DNA of 24,203 nucleotides from Vulcanimicrobiota bacterium (GTDB taxonomy: Bacteria > Vulcanimicrobiota > Vulcanimicrobiia > Vulcanimicrobiales > Vulcanimicrobiaceae): the NCBI GenBank assembly GCA_003133025.1, contig PKZK01000134.1, positions 1 through 24,203 of the forward strand. The letters run 5' to 3'. Positions 10,464 to 19,514 of the stretch are shown piece after piece (within the stretch, counting starts at the first letter, position 1; every line of letters starts with the position of its first letter). The notes under the pieces were generated by a model, which had not been told where the DNA came from, ran no database searches, and saw only the letters and a program-made list of their open reading frames with translations. The position numbers and the translations under genes were made by a program.

Positions 10464-11224
10464 GCGCGGACGGCGTGTTGCGCATCGAGAACGTCGGCAT
10501 GCGCTTCGGCGGCTTGTGGGCGCTCAAGGGCGTCTCGTTCGAGGTGCGGCCGGGATCGATCGTCGGGCTCATCGGTCCTAACGGCAGCGGCAAGACCACG
10601 CTGATGAACGTGATCAGCGGGGTCGTCAAACCTGCAGAAGGCGAGGTGGCCTACGCCGGCCGCACGATCGCGGACGTGCCCACGCACGACGTCTGCCGGT
10701 TGGGCATCGCGCGCACGTTTCAAGTGGTCAAGCCCTTCGCGGGCTTGACGGTGCGCGAGAACGTCGCCGTAGGCGCGATGTACGGCCGCGACGGCGCGAC
10801 GCTTTCGACCGCCGCGTGCTTCGACCGCGCGCAGGCGTTGCTCGAGGAAGTCGGCTTGGCGCGTGTTGCCGAGCGTCCCGCGAGCGACCTGACCATCCCC
10901 GACCGCAAGCGTCTCGAAGTAGCCAAGGCGCTCGCGCTCGATCCGAGCCTGCTTTTGCTCGACGAGGTGATGGCCGGGCTCAACGCGTCGGAGGTCGACG
11001 AGGCGCTGCACCTGCTGCGTGCGGTCAACGCGCGCGGCGTGACGCTGATCGTGGTCGAGCATCTCATGAAGGCGATCATGTCGATCTCGACCAGCATCGT
11101 GGTCTTGGCCGAAGGCAAGAAGATCGCCGAAGGATTGCCCGCCGAGATCGTGGCGTCCCCGGCAGTCGTCGAAGCCTATCTCGGCGCGCGCTACGCCGCG
11201 CGTCAGGGGCGGGGGCGCACGTGA
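10460..11224 (+). CDS. livG: HAAT-family ABC transporter ATPase (LivG-like)
   Basis: FGGL.AL, Walker A GPNGSGKT, IARTFQ, Walker B LLLDE, VEH and VVEAYLG; ATGA overlap with livM. Confidence 0.9.
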   Translation: MSADGVLRIENVGMRFGGLWALKGVSFEVRPGSIVGLIGPNGSGKTTLMNVISGVVKPAEGEVAYAGRTIADVPTHDVCRLGIARTFQVVKPFAGLTVRENVAVGAMYGRDGATLSTAACFDRAQALLEEVGLARVAERPASDLTIPDRKRLEVAKALALDPSLLLLDEVMAGLNASEVDEALHLLRAVNARGVTLIVVEHLMKAIMSISTSIVVLAEGKKIAEGLPAEIVASPAVVEAYLGARYAARQGRGRT

Positions 11225-11955
11225 ATCTAGAAGCGACGCCGACGGGGTCGGCGTCGTTAACGGTCCGCGACCTGCGCGCCGGTTACGGTGACGTGCGGGT
11301 GTTGTGGGACGTTTCGCTCGAGATCGAACCGGGCGAGGTCGTGGCCCTGGTCGGCAGTAACGGTGCGGGAAAATCGACGCTGCTCGGAGCGCTCAGCGGC
11401 ATCGTGAGCGTCGAGTCGGGAAGCATTCTTTTCGGCGACGTCGAGTTGGCCGGCGCGGCGACCGACCGCATAGTGCACGCGGGCGTCGTGCAGGTACCCC
11501 AGGGGCGCCGCTTATTCGGCGGCTTGTCGGTACGCGAGAACCTGCTGATGGGCGCGTACTTGCGCACCGATCGTGAGGTGCACGCCGATCTCGAACGTTG
11601 TCTCGCCTTGTTGCCGCGCCTGCGCGAGCGCTACGAGTTTCCGGCGGGACGCCTCTCCGGCGGCGAACAGCAGCAGGTCGCGATCGCGCGCGCGCTGATG
11701 GCCCGCCCGAAGCTCTTGCTGATCGACGAGATGTCGCTCGGGCTCGCACCGGTGCTCGTCGATCAGTTGCTCGGGATCCTCGCGCAGATCCACGCCCAAG
11801 GCGTGACGATTCTGATGGTCGAGCAAGACGTCCAGACCGCCCTCGAGTTCGCGGGCCGCGCGTACGTCCTCGAGACGGGCCGCATCGTCAAGAGCGGCCC
11901 GGCCGCCGAACTGCTCGACGACCCGTCGATTAAGAGAGCTTATCTCGGGATATGA
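11221..11955 (+). CDS. livF: HAAT-family ABC transporter ATPase (LivF-like)
   Basis: Walker A GSNGAGKST, VPQGRRLF, LSGGEQQ, LLIDE.SLGLAP and AYLG; GTGA overlap with livG. Confidence 0.9.
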   Translation: MNLEATPTGSASLTVRDLRAGYGDVRVLWDVSLEIEPGEVVALVGSNGAGKSTLLGALSGIVSVESGSILFGDVELAGAATDRIVHAGVVQVPQGRRLFGGLSVRENLLMGAYLRTDREVHADLERCLALLPRLRERYEFPAGRLSGGEQQQVAIARALMARPKLLLIDEMSLGLAPVLVDQLLGILAQIHAQGVTILMVEQDVQTALEFAGRAYVLETGRIVKSGPAAELLDDPSIKRAYLGI

Positions 11956-11962
11956 GCCCGGC
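11953..11962 (+). repeat. 10-bp direct repeat, copy 1 (TGAGCCCGGC)
   Basis: Identical to 13399-13408; begins at the livF stop codon. Confidence 0.6.
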
Positions 11963-11976
11963 GCAGGAGATTTCAA

Positions 11977-13401
11977 GTGCGGGCGGGTCATGTTGCAGGG
12001 ATGCCCACTTTCCTTAGGGAGCGTGCTTTCGCGCTCGTTCTCATCGCTTCGTGGCTTACCGGCTGTGCCTCGACACCCACGGGTCGAGCGGCTGCAACGC
12101 TGCCGCTCGCGCGCTCCCTTTCGAGCCGGCATTTGAAGCCGGCCTCGCTGCCGGAACACGTGGTCGTGATCGTGCAAGAAAATCGCTCGTTCGACAACCT
12201 CTTCCAAGGCTTTCCGGGCGCGGATACTCAGAACTACGGGTACGACTCCCACGGCAACAAGGTCGCATTACGGAAGCTGCCGCTCGGGGCGGTCTACGAT
12301 CCGGTCCATTCGCACGCGTCGTTCGTCACCGAGTTCGATAACGGGCAGCTGGACGGCTTCGACCTCGACGGCTGCGGACCGCACTGTCCGAAGAACGCGG
12401 CATACTCGTACGTCGACCCGGCCGACGTTCAACCGTACTGGAACTTGGCTCAGCAGTACGCCATCGCCGATCACGTGTTGCAACCCAACGAGGGTCCGAG
12501 CTTCCCGGGCCATCTGTACTTGATCGCCGCGCAGTCGGGAACGCCGGGTTCGAAGTGGTACGTCGCCGAGAATCCGCATGCGGTCCGCCAGCAAAGTCCG
12601 TTGGATTGCCTCGCGCCGAAAGGCACGACCGTCGAGCAGATCGACATGACCAGCAGCTTCCCGGGCATCGAAGGAAACCCCATCTTCCCATGCGTCGACC
12701 CCCCGACGATCTTGGACGAACTCGACGCGGCGGGAATCTCCTGGAAATACTACACCGGTAGCCTCGGCTGGATTTGGACCGCGCCTTACGCCGTGAAACA
12801 CCTCGCCGACAATCCCGCCGATCAGGCCAACGTGATCGTTCCGGAAACCACCGTCTTGAGCGACATCGCCGGACACACGTTGTCTCAGGTCAGTTACGTC
12901 ATTCCGAGTCACCACAATTCCGACCACGCCGGCGACGGGCACAACGACGGCGGTCCGGCGTGGGTCGCCTCCATCGTCAATGCGATCGGGGGCGATTCGT
13001 ACTACTGGCCGAACACCGCGATCATCGTCGTCTGGGACGATTGGGGTGGATGGTACGATCACTACCTATCCGGGAACGGTCATCCGGCCGGAGATTCGAC
13101 CGATCCGAACGAGTACGGCTTTCGCGTGCCCTTGCTCGCAATCGGTCCGTACGCCCGGGCGGGTTACATCTCGCACACGGCGCGCGATTCGACCGCGATC
13201 CTCCACTTCATCGAGGACGTGTACTCGCTGCCCTCACTCGGGAAGCTCGATGCCCAGACCGACGACCTCTTCGAGCTGTTCGATTTCGGCGGCAAAGCCC
13301 GCGCGCACAAGCGCATTGCAACGGGGTCGGTCACCTCGCAGAGCTTGCGCTTGGAGAAACACGACGATTCGCCGCTCGACGACGACGACGCAGGCGACTG
13401 A
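11977..13401 (+). CDS. Phosphoesterase-family protein (phospholipase C / acid phosphatase AcpA-like), probable lipoprotein
   Basis: HVVVIVQENRSFDNLF, GPSFPGH (nucleophile Ser), SDH, WDDWGGWYDH and YGFRVP motifs; lipobox-like LTGC after a hydrophobic stretch; acidic C-terminus. Start is GTG 11977 (AGGAG at 11965-11969) or ATG 12001. Confidence 0.88.
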   Translation: MRAGHVAGMPTFLRERAFALVLIASWLTGCASTPTGRAAATLPLARSLSSRHLKPASLPEHVVVIVQENRSFDNLFQGFPGADTQNYGYDSHGNKVALRKLPLGAVYDPVHSHASFVTEFDNGQLDGFDLDGCGPHCPKNAAYSYVDPADVQPYWNLAQQYAIADHVLQPNEGPSFPGHLYLIAAQSGTPGSKWYVAENPHAVRQQSPLDCLAPKGTTVEQIDMTSSFPGIEGNPIFPCVDPPTILDELDAAGISWKYYTGSLGWIWTAPYAVKHLADNPADQANVIVPETTVLSDIAGHTLSQVSYVIPSHHNSDHAGDGHNDGGPAWVASIVNAIGGDSYYWPNTAIIVVWDDWGGWYDHYLSGNGHPAGDSTDPNEYGFRVPLLAIGPYARAGYISHTARDSTAILHFIEDVYSLPSLGKLDAQTDDLFELFDFGGKARAHKRIATGSVTSQSLRLEKHDDSPLDDDDAGD

Positions 13402-13408
13402 GCCCGGC
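13399..13408 (+). repeat. 10-bp direct repeat, copy 2 (TGAGCCCGGC)
   Basis: Identical to 11953-11962; begins at the stop codon of the first phosphoesterase. Confidence 0.6.
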
Positions 13409-13496
13409 TAGCGACCGTCACGCGTGTCGGAAGGATGGAGCGCGAGCGACCGCGTAGGCGCTCCCGACCACACACTCGTGCGGAGGGTTGTGATCG

Positions 13497-14903
13497 ATGT
13501 CTCCGGTTCGCTGTTGCATGTTTGCGCTCATCACGGGTCTGCTGACTCCGGTCGCTGCGCCCGCTGCGGTATCGAGCGCGCCCTCGGTCTGGACGCAGGT
13601 CGCGGGGCCTCCGGGAGCCGTCGCGGCCGGTCCGATCAAGCACCTCATCTTTATCATCCAAGAGAACCGCTCGTTCGATCACTATTTCGGCACGTATCCG
13701 GGCGCCGACGGCTTTCCGTCGCCGCTGCCGTGCTTGCCCGACAATTGGTATCCCAGTCAGTGCGATCAACCCTACCTGAATCACGTGGATAGCAACGAAG
13801 GCAACCCCCACGGGAACAAGTGGCAAGAGATCAGCATCGACGGCGGCAAGATGGACGGCTTCGTCAACGCCCGCGAGCAGTTTCTCGGATCGCGATGTAA
13901 GGGCGCGAAGAATCGTGGGCGCACGCTCCCCGGCACCTACGAAGACGAGGGCATCGTCAACGCCAAGCACTGCATCATCGATGTGATGGGCTATCACGAC
14001 GGAACCGACATCCCGAACTATTGGGCCTATGCCTCGCACTACGTCCTCTACGACCACTTCTTCGAGCCGGTCATCTCCTGGAGCCAGCCGAACCATCTGG
14101 CGATTTTCTCGGGCTGGTCCGCGAAGTGCACGCAATTGGATCCGCCGGATATCGACAGCTGCGCGAACTCCTGGGGTGGAAACTTCTGGAATGCGAAGGA
14201 CCCCGAGCCGAGCCTCTGGACCGACATCACCTACATGCTCCACTGGAATTTCGTCAGTTGGGGCGTCTATCTCGACGGCGGCCAAGGCGGCACGTTCAGC
14301 CACGATTCGGTGCCCGCGATCTGGAACGTGTTGCCGGGTTTCGAGACGGTCAACGACGACGGAGAACTGGCCAACACGCAGCTGAATCTGACTCAGTTCT
14401 TTTCAGACGCTGCGGCCGGCACGTTGCCCCAGGTGAGCTGGATCTTGCCGCATTATGCCGACAGCGATCATCCGCAGGCTTCGGTGAGGCAGGGCGAGAC
14501 GTACGTGACGGGCTTGGTCAACGCGATCATGAAGGGACCCGACTGGTCGAGCAGCGCGATTTTCGTGGAGTGGGACGATCCCGACGGCTTCTACGATCAC
14601 GAACCTCCGCCGTTTCAATTCGATCAACTCGGCTTGGGAATACGTGTACCCGCGCTCCTGATCAGTCCCTACGCGCTACGCGGCTACGTCGACCATCAAG
14701 TCTGCAGCAGCGATTGCTTCCTCAAGCTGATCGAAGACATCTTCATGAAGGGCGTGCGCATGAAGGATTCGGGCCGTCCCGATCCGCGGCCGGACTATCG
14801 CGATTCGCAGCCTGCCTACGGCGATCTGCGGCTCGACTTCGACTACGGCCAGACCAATCCGCAGTTGATCCTGTCCACGCATCCCATGTCGCTGCTGCAC
14901 TGA
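13497..14903 (+). CDS. Phosphoesterase-family protein (phospholipase C / AcpA-like), probably secreted
   Basis: IKHLIFIIQENRSFDHYFGTYPG, GKMDGF, VMGY, SWSQPNH, SDHP, WDDPDGFYDH and LGIRVP motifs; N-terminal hydrophobic signal; GGAGG at 13482-13486. Confidence 0.88.
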   Translation: MSPVRCCMFALITGLLTPVAAPAAVSSAPSVWTQVAGPPGAVAAGPIKHLIFIIQENRSFDHYFGTYPGADGFPSPLPCLPDNWYPSQCDQPYLNHVDSNEGNPHGNKWQEISIDGGKMDGFVNAREQFLGSRCKGAKNRGRTLPGTYEDEGIVNAKHCIIDVMGYHDGTDIPNYWAYASHYVLYDHFFEPVISWSQPNHLAIFSGWSAKCTQLDPPDIDSCANSWGGNFWNAKDPEPSLWTDITYMLHWNFVSWGVYLDGGQGGTFSHDSVPAIWNVLPGFETVNDDGELANTQLNLTQFFSDAAAGTLPQVSWILPHYADSDHPQASVRQGETYVTGLVNAIMKGPDWSSSAIFVEWDDPDGFYDHEPPPFQFDQLGLGIRVPALLISPYALRGYVDHQVCSSDCFLKLIEDIFMKGVRMKDSGRPDPRPDYRDSQPAYGDLRLDFDYGQTNPQLILSTHPMSLLH

Positions 14904-14918
14904 GTCGCAGCCGGGCCG

Positions 14919-15809
14919 TTAGGTGGCCGCGGTGCGATCGTGCTCGCTCTTGCGATTGGCGTTGACGATCAGCGTGAAGGCGATCGTCGTGAACGCCAGC
15001 GCCGCGGCCAGCGCGAAGGCGCCGACGAACGAACTCTCGTTGTAGAGCGCCTCGATGTGCAGCGGCACCGTCTCCGTGTAGCCTCGGACGCGTCCCGAGA
15101 TGACCGATACTGCGCCGAACTCGCCGATCGCGCGGGCGCCGCAGAGGATGACGCCGTTGAAGAGCGCGAGACGGGCGCCGGGAAGGGTGACTCGCCATAA
15201 CGTTTGCCACACCGTCGCGCCCAAGACGAGCGACGACTCTTCCTGGTCGCGCCCTTGCTCTTGCATGAAAGCGATCAATTCACGCGCGATGTAGGGGAAG
15301 GTCACGAAGATCGTGGCTGCGATGATGCCCGGCGGCGCGAAGGCGACTTTGATGCCGACGGTCTGCAACCAACTTCCGAGCGGCGTATGCGCGCCCGCGG
15401 TCATCAGGATCGCCAGGCCGGCCACGACCGGCGAGACGGTCAGGGGCAAGTCGATGATCGCCAGGAGGATCGTTTTGCCGGGAAACTCGTATTTCGAAAT
15501 CGTCCAGCCCGCTAGGATTCCGAAGAACGCGTTGAAGGCGATCGTGCACACCGCAACGAGCAGCGTCAGGCGAATGGCGCTTTGCGCGTACGGCTCCGCG
15601 AAGGTTGCGGCGAAGGGCCCGAGTCCGCTCTGGAACGCCTCCGCGAACACCGAGACGAGTGGGATGCCGATCAGCCCGCCGACGACGAGCGCAGCGACGG
15701 CGATCGCGATCCAGCCGACGAGGCCGGGACCACGCGCGCCGTCGGCGACGTGTTCGGGAGGCGCACCGGGCATCGCGATCGTGGTCGCGTCGAAATCGGC
15801 GACGCTCAT
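14919..15809 (-). CDS. cysW: Sulfate ABC transporter permease CysW
   Basis: IDLPLTVSPVVAGL, IFVTFPYIAREL, ARAIGEFGAVSVISG and T.T.PLHIE motifs; ATG at 15809 overlaps the cysT stop (TGATG). Confidence 0.93.
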   Translation of the reverse strand: MSVADFDATTIAMPGAPPEHVADGARGPGLVGWIAIAVAALVVGGLIGIPLVSVFAEAFQSGLGPFAATFAEPYAQSAIRLTLLVAVCTIAFNAFFGILAGWTISKYEFPGKTILLAIIDLPLTVSPVVAGLAILMTAGAHTPLGSWLQTVGIKVAFAPPGIIAATIFVTFPYIARELIAFMQEQGRDQEESSLVLGATVWQTLWRVTLPGARLALFNGVILCGARAIGEFGAVSVISGRVRGYTETVPLHIEALYNESSFVGAFALAAALAFTTIAFTLIVNANRKSEHDRTAAT

Positions 15810-16633
15810 CAGGTCGCCATCTTGCGCGCCAGCGAGAAGCGCCGCTGCAATGCGTTGATGGCCAGAAGCATGCCGAACGACGCGATCAGCAACACGGTCG
15901 CAACGGCCGACGCGCCCTGGTAATCGTATTCCTCGAGGCGGGTGATGATCAGCAGCGGCGCGATCTCGGTCTTGCCGGGAAGATTGCCCGCGATGAAGAC
16001 CACCGAGCCGTACTCGCCCAGCGCTCGCGCCAGCGACAAGGCGAATCCGGTCAGCATCGCCGGGAAGACGAGCGGGAAAATCACGCGTCTGAGCGTGAGC
16101 GTCTGACCTGCTCCGAACGAGGACGCCGCCTCCTCGAGATCTTTGGGAATCTCGGCGAGCACGGGCTGCACCGTGCGGACGACGAACGGAAAACCGACGA
16201 AGACGAGCGCCAATGCAACGCCGATCTGGGTGTAGGCGACGTGAATGCCGTGCGGCTCGAGCCATGCGCCGAGGAAACCGTGGCCGCCGTAGATCGTCGC
16301 GAGCGTGATGCCGGTGACGGCCGTCGGGATCGCGAGCGGCACGTCGACGAGCGCATCGAGAACCGGGCGACCGGGAAATTGATAGCGCACCAGGATCCAC
16401 GCCACGAAGCTGCCCAGCACGAGGTCGATGAGCGCCGCAACCAGCGAAGCGACGAAGGTGAGCCGGAAGGCCGCTATGGCGTCGGGCGACGCGATCGCGC
16501 GGGCGAGATGTTCGGGCGTGATGCCGTTGAGCGAGAGCACCACGGCCGCGAGCGGGGCGATGACCGCGAGACTGACCAACGCCAACGTCGTCCCCAGGGC
16601 GATATTCCGTCCCGGAATCGTGTCGCGACTCAC
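15809..16633 (-). CDS. cysT: Sulfate ABC transporter permease CysT (CysU)
   Basis: [53 protein letters not shown] and LEEYDY motifs; GTGA overlap with sbp. Confidence 0.94.
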   Translation of the reverse strand: MSRDTIPGRNIALGTTLALVSLAVIAPLAAVVLSLNGITPEHLARAIASPDAIAAFRLTFVASLVAALIDLVLGSFVAWILVRYQFPGRPVLDALVDVPLAIPTAVTGITLATIYGGHGFLGAWLEPHGIHVAYTQIGVALALVFVGFPFVVRTVQPVLAEIPKDLEEAASSFGAGQTLTLRRVIFPLVFPAMLTGFALSLARALGEYGSVVFIAGNLPGKTEIAPLLIITRLEEYDYQGASAVATVLLIASFGMLLAINALQRRFSLARKMAT

Positions 16634-17631
16634 CGCTGATAGATCTGGTCGAAGACTCCGCCGTCACCGAAGAAGCGCTTCTGCGCCGCGTCCCAGCCGC
16701 CGAAGTTTCTGATCGTCGAGAGATCCATTTGCGCGAAGTGGGAGCCGCACGAACCGAGGATCTTGGTCAGCCGTGGACGGTAGCCGAATTTGCAGGCCAG
16801 CTTCTGCGCTTCGGGCGCGTACAGATACTCGAGATACGCCTTGGCCAATTTTGCCGTATCGTGCTTCTGGACGTTGACATCGATCCACGCCACGGGAGGT
16901 TCGGCCAAGATGCTCGTCCGCGGCGCGATCACGTCGAACGCGCCCGGCTTCTCGCGTTGGGCATAAAAGGCTTCGTTTTCCCAGGCCAGCAGCACGTCGC
17001 CGAGGCCGCGTTCGGTGAAGCTGGTCGTCGCGCCGCGCGCGCCGCTGTCGAGAACGGGCACATTCTTGAAGAGCGCGGTCACGTAAGCGCGCGCCTTGCC
17101 GTCGTCGCCGTGGTTGGCGCGCAAGCCGTAGTTGTATGCTGCCAGGAAGTTCCAGCGCGCGCCGCCGCTGGTTTTGGGATTCGGCGTGATCACCGCCACG
17201 CCGGGCTTGACCAGATCGTTCCAGTCCTTGATGTGCTTGGGGTTGCCCTTGCGCACGAGGAAGACGATGGTCGAGGTGTACGGGGTCGACTCATCGGGCA
17301 GGCGCTTCGCCCAGTCGGGGGAGAGCAATTTCGACTTCTGCGCGATCGCGTCGATGTCGTACGCCAAGGCTAGGGTAACGACGTCGGCATCCAAGCCTTC
17401 GATCACGGCCCGGGCCTGCGCGCCCGAACCCCCGTGCGACTGGTTGATCGAGACGTCGACGCCCGTCTTTTTCTTCCAGTACTCTTTGAAGAGCGAGTTG
17501 TACGCCGAGTAGAACTCGCGGGTCGGATCGTAGGAGACGTTGAGCAACGTCGTGCCTTCGGCGAGCGCGGAAATCGGGGCGACGGAAATGGCCAGGGCCA
17601 ACGCGCCGGCAAGTGCGCGGAGTGCGGACAT
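16630..17631 (-). CDS. sbp: Sulfate-binding periplasmic protein
   Basis: Signal peptide followed by [48 protein letters not shown] and AWENEA. Confidence 0.95.
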   Translation of the reverse strand: MSALRALAGALALAISVAPISALAEGTTLLNVSYDPTREFYSAYNSLFKEYWKKKTGVDVSINQSHGGSGAQARAVIEGLDADVVTLALAYDIDAIAQKSKLLSPDWAKRLPDESTPYTSTIVFLVRKGNPKHIKDWNDLVKPGVAVITPNPKTSGGARWNFLAAYNYGLRANHGDDGKARAYVTALFKNVPVLDSGARGATTSFTERGLGDVLLAWENEAFYAQREKPGAFDVIAPRTSILAEPPVAWIDVNVQKHDTAKLAKAYLEYLYAPEAQKLACKFGYRPRLTKILGSCGSHFAQMDLSTIRNFGGWDAAQKRFFGDGGVFDQIYQR

Positions 17632-17644
17632 GAGGAGAGACCTT

Positions 17645-18661
17645 TCAGGAGGCGATGTTGAGCTCGCGCGCTTCGCTCGGCGCGGGCGCCTCGTCGAAAG
17701 TGCGCACTCGCGTTGGGGTCAGGTGAACCTCATGCGTGGGCTCGAGGCTGAGGTCGTGGAATTTCGCCGCATGGAGTTCGACGACGATGCGCTGACCGTC
17801 TTCGCGCAGCAGTTCGACCTGCATGCGCGAACCGAGGTCGGTGATCCGGTCGACGGTCGCCGCGAACGAGTTTTCGAACGGCGCGCGATCGACGTGGAAG
17901 TCGTGGGGCCGCACGTAGAGCGTCGCGTGGCTCGAGGGCACGGCGTTGACGTCGCCGATGAACCGCATGACGAACGGATTGGCCGGGTTCTCGTAGATCT
18001 CCCGAGGCGAACCGCTCTGTTGCACGCGCCCGTCCTTCATCACGACGATCAGGTCGGCGATCTCCATCGCCTCGTCGGCGTCGTGGGTCACGATCACCGT
18101 CGTGACGTGAGCCGTGTCGTGCAGCTCGCGAAGTCGCCGGCGCAGGTCGCGCCGGACCTGGAGGTCGAGCGCTGCGAAGGGCTCGTCGAGCAGCAATATT
18201 TTGGGTTCCGCCGCCATGGCGCGGGCCAAAGCCACACGTTGCCGCTGGCCGCCCGAGAGCTGGCTCGGATAGCGCGCCGCGAAGGCGTCGAGCCGCACCA
18301 GTTCGAGCAGGTCGCGGACGCGCCGGTCGATCTCCGCCCGGGGCCGCTTGCGCACCGACAGCGGAAAGCCGACGTTCTCGGCAACGGTCAGGTGCGGAAA
18401 GAGCGCGTAACTCTGGAACACGAAGCCGACATCGCGTTTGCCCAGGGGCACGTTCGTGACGTCCTGGCCGCCGAGAAGCACGCGTCCGCGTTCGGGACGT
18501 TCGAAGCCGGCGACCACGCGCAGGAGCGTCGACTTGCCCGAGCCCGACGGGCCCAACAGCGCGCACAGTGAGTTATTCGGGATGACGACGTCGACGTCGT
18601 TGAGGACCCGGACGGCTCCGAAGCTCTTCGACAGACCCGTCACGGTGATACCGGTGGACAC
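17645..18661 (-). CDS. cysA: Sulfate ABC transporter ATPase CysA (with C-terminal TOBE-like region)
   Basis: [49 protein letters not shown] and YVRPHD; adjacent to sbp-cysT-cysW. Confidence 0.92.
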   Translation of the reverse strand: MSTGITVTGLSKSFGAVRVLNDVDVVIPNNSLCALLGPSGSGKSTLLRVVAGFERPERGRVLLGGQDVTNVPLGKRDVGFVFQSYALFPHLTVAENVGFPLSVRKRPRAEIDRRVRDLLELVRLDAFAARYPSQLSGGQRQRVALARAMAAEPKILLLDEPFAALDLQVRRDLRRRLRELHDTAHVTTVIVTHDADEAMEIADLIVVMKDGRVQQSGSPREIYENPANPFVMRFIGDVNAVPSSHATLYVRPHDFHVDRAPFENSFAATVDRITDLGSRMQVELLREDGQRIVVELHAAKFHDLSLEPTHEVHLTPTRVRTFDEAPAPSEARELNIAS

Positions 18662-18759
18662 GGAGCAAGGCCCTCGATCAAGGAGCGTAGTCAGACTTCG
18701 TTCTGTCGAAAGTGCAGCCCGGGCCTGCGGATTTCCTCCAGGCGGCGTCCATACTGTGC

Positions 18760-19512
18760 ATGTCTGAAATCGTGTTGATTACCGGCGGCTCCGGCGGCAT
18801 CGGGCGGGCAACCGCAGCCCGGCTGAGCGCGAGCGGCAAAAAGGTCGTCTTGCTGGCCCGCGACCGCGTCCGCCTCGAGGAGTCGTCTTCGCGCCTGGGC
18901 GGCCTGCCGTTTTTTGCGGCCGACGTGCTCGACCCCGAGGCGCTTGGCGCGGCCGTGGACGGCATCGAGGCCGAATACGGCCCGATCGGCGGCCTCGTGC
19001 ATGCCGTCGGCAGCATCGTGCTCAAGCCGTTGCACGCCTTGTCGCTGGACGAATGGCGGACGACGTACGAGATCAACGTCACGAGCGCGTTCCTGGTCCT
19101 CAAGGCGGTGCTGCCCAGGATGATGCGCCGTAAACGAGGCGCGGTCGTGCTCTTCTCGAGCGTAGCGGCCTCGACCGGCATGCCCAATCACGAGGCGATA
19201 GCTTCGGCCAAGGCGGCGATCGAAGGTTTGGTTCGCTCGGCCGCCATCGGCTACGCGCGCTACGGCATTCGCGTCAACGGTGTGGCCCCGGCCCTGACCA
19301 AGACGGAACTCTCGAAGAATCTGTGGTCGACGGAAGCGGCCGCCGCGGCGTCGGCCGCGTTGCATCCACTCGGTCGCCTAGGAGAACCCGACGACGTTGC
19401 GGCTGCGGCCGCTTATCTGGTGTCCGACGATGCCGCCTGGGTAACCGGGCAAGTGCTCGGCGTAGACGGCGGTCTCGGCACGGGGTCGCCGCCGCCGCGC
19501 GTTCGGGTGTAG
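18760..19512 (+). CDS. Short-chain dehydrogenase/reductase, atypical (no catalytic Tyr)
   Basis: TGGSGGIG nucleotide-binding motif, IRVNGVAP, HPLGRLGEP and WVTGQVLGVDGG; the YxxxK position reads IASAK. Start set at ATG 18760. Confidence 0.88.
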   Translation: MSEIVLITGGSGGIGRATAARLSASGKKVVLLARDRVRLEESSSRLGGLPFFAADVLDPEALGAAVDGIEAEYGPIGGLVHAVGSIVLKPLHALSLDEWRTTYEINVTSAFLVLKAVLPRMMRRKRGAVVLFSSVAASTGMPNHEAIASAKAAIEGLVRSAAIGYARYGIRVNGVAPALTKTELSKNLWSTEAAAAASAALHPLGRLGEPDDVAAAAAYLVSDDAAWVTGQVLGVDGGLGTGSPPPRVRV

Positions 19513-19514
19513 GG

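Noticed and set aside
13363..13398. GAC-rich tandem run at the end of phosphoesterase 1
   Set aside because: It simply encodes the Asp-rich tail; it is not a separate repeat element or contingency locus.
18750..18762. CATACT just before the SDR ATG (and CAGAAT before lhgO) as -10 elements of leaderless transcripts
   Set aside because: Spacings of 4 and 8 nt are off the usual range and both hexamers are imperfect; not supportable without TSS data.
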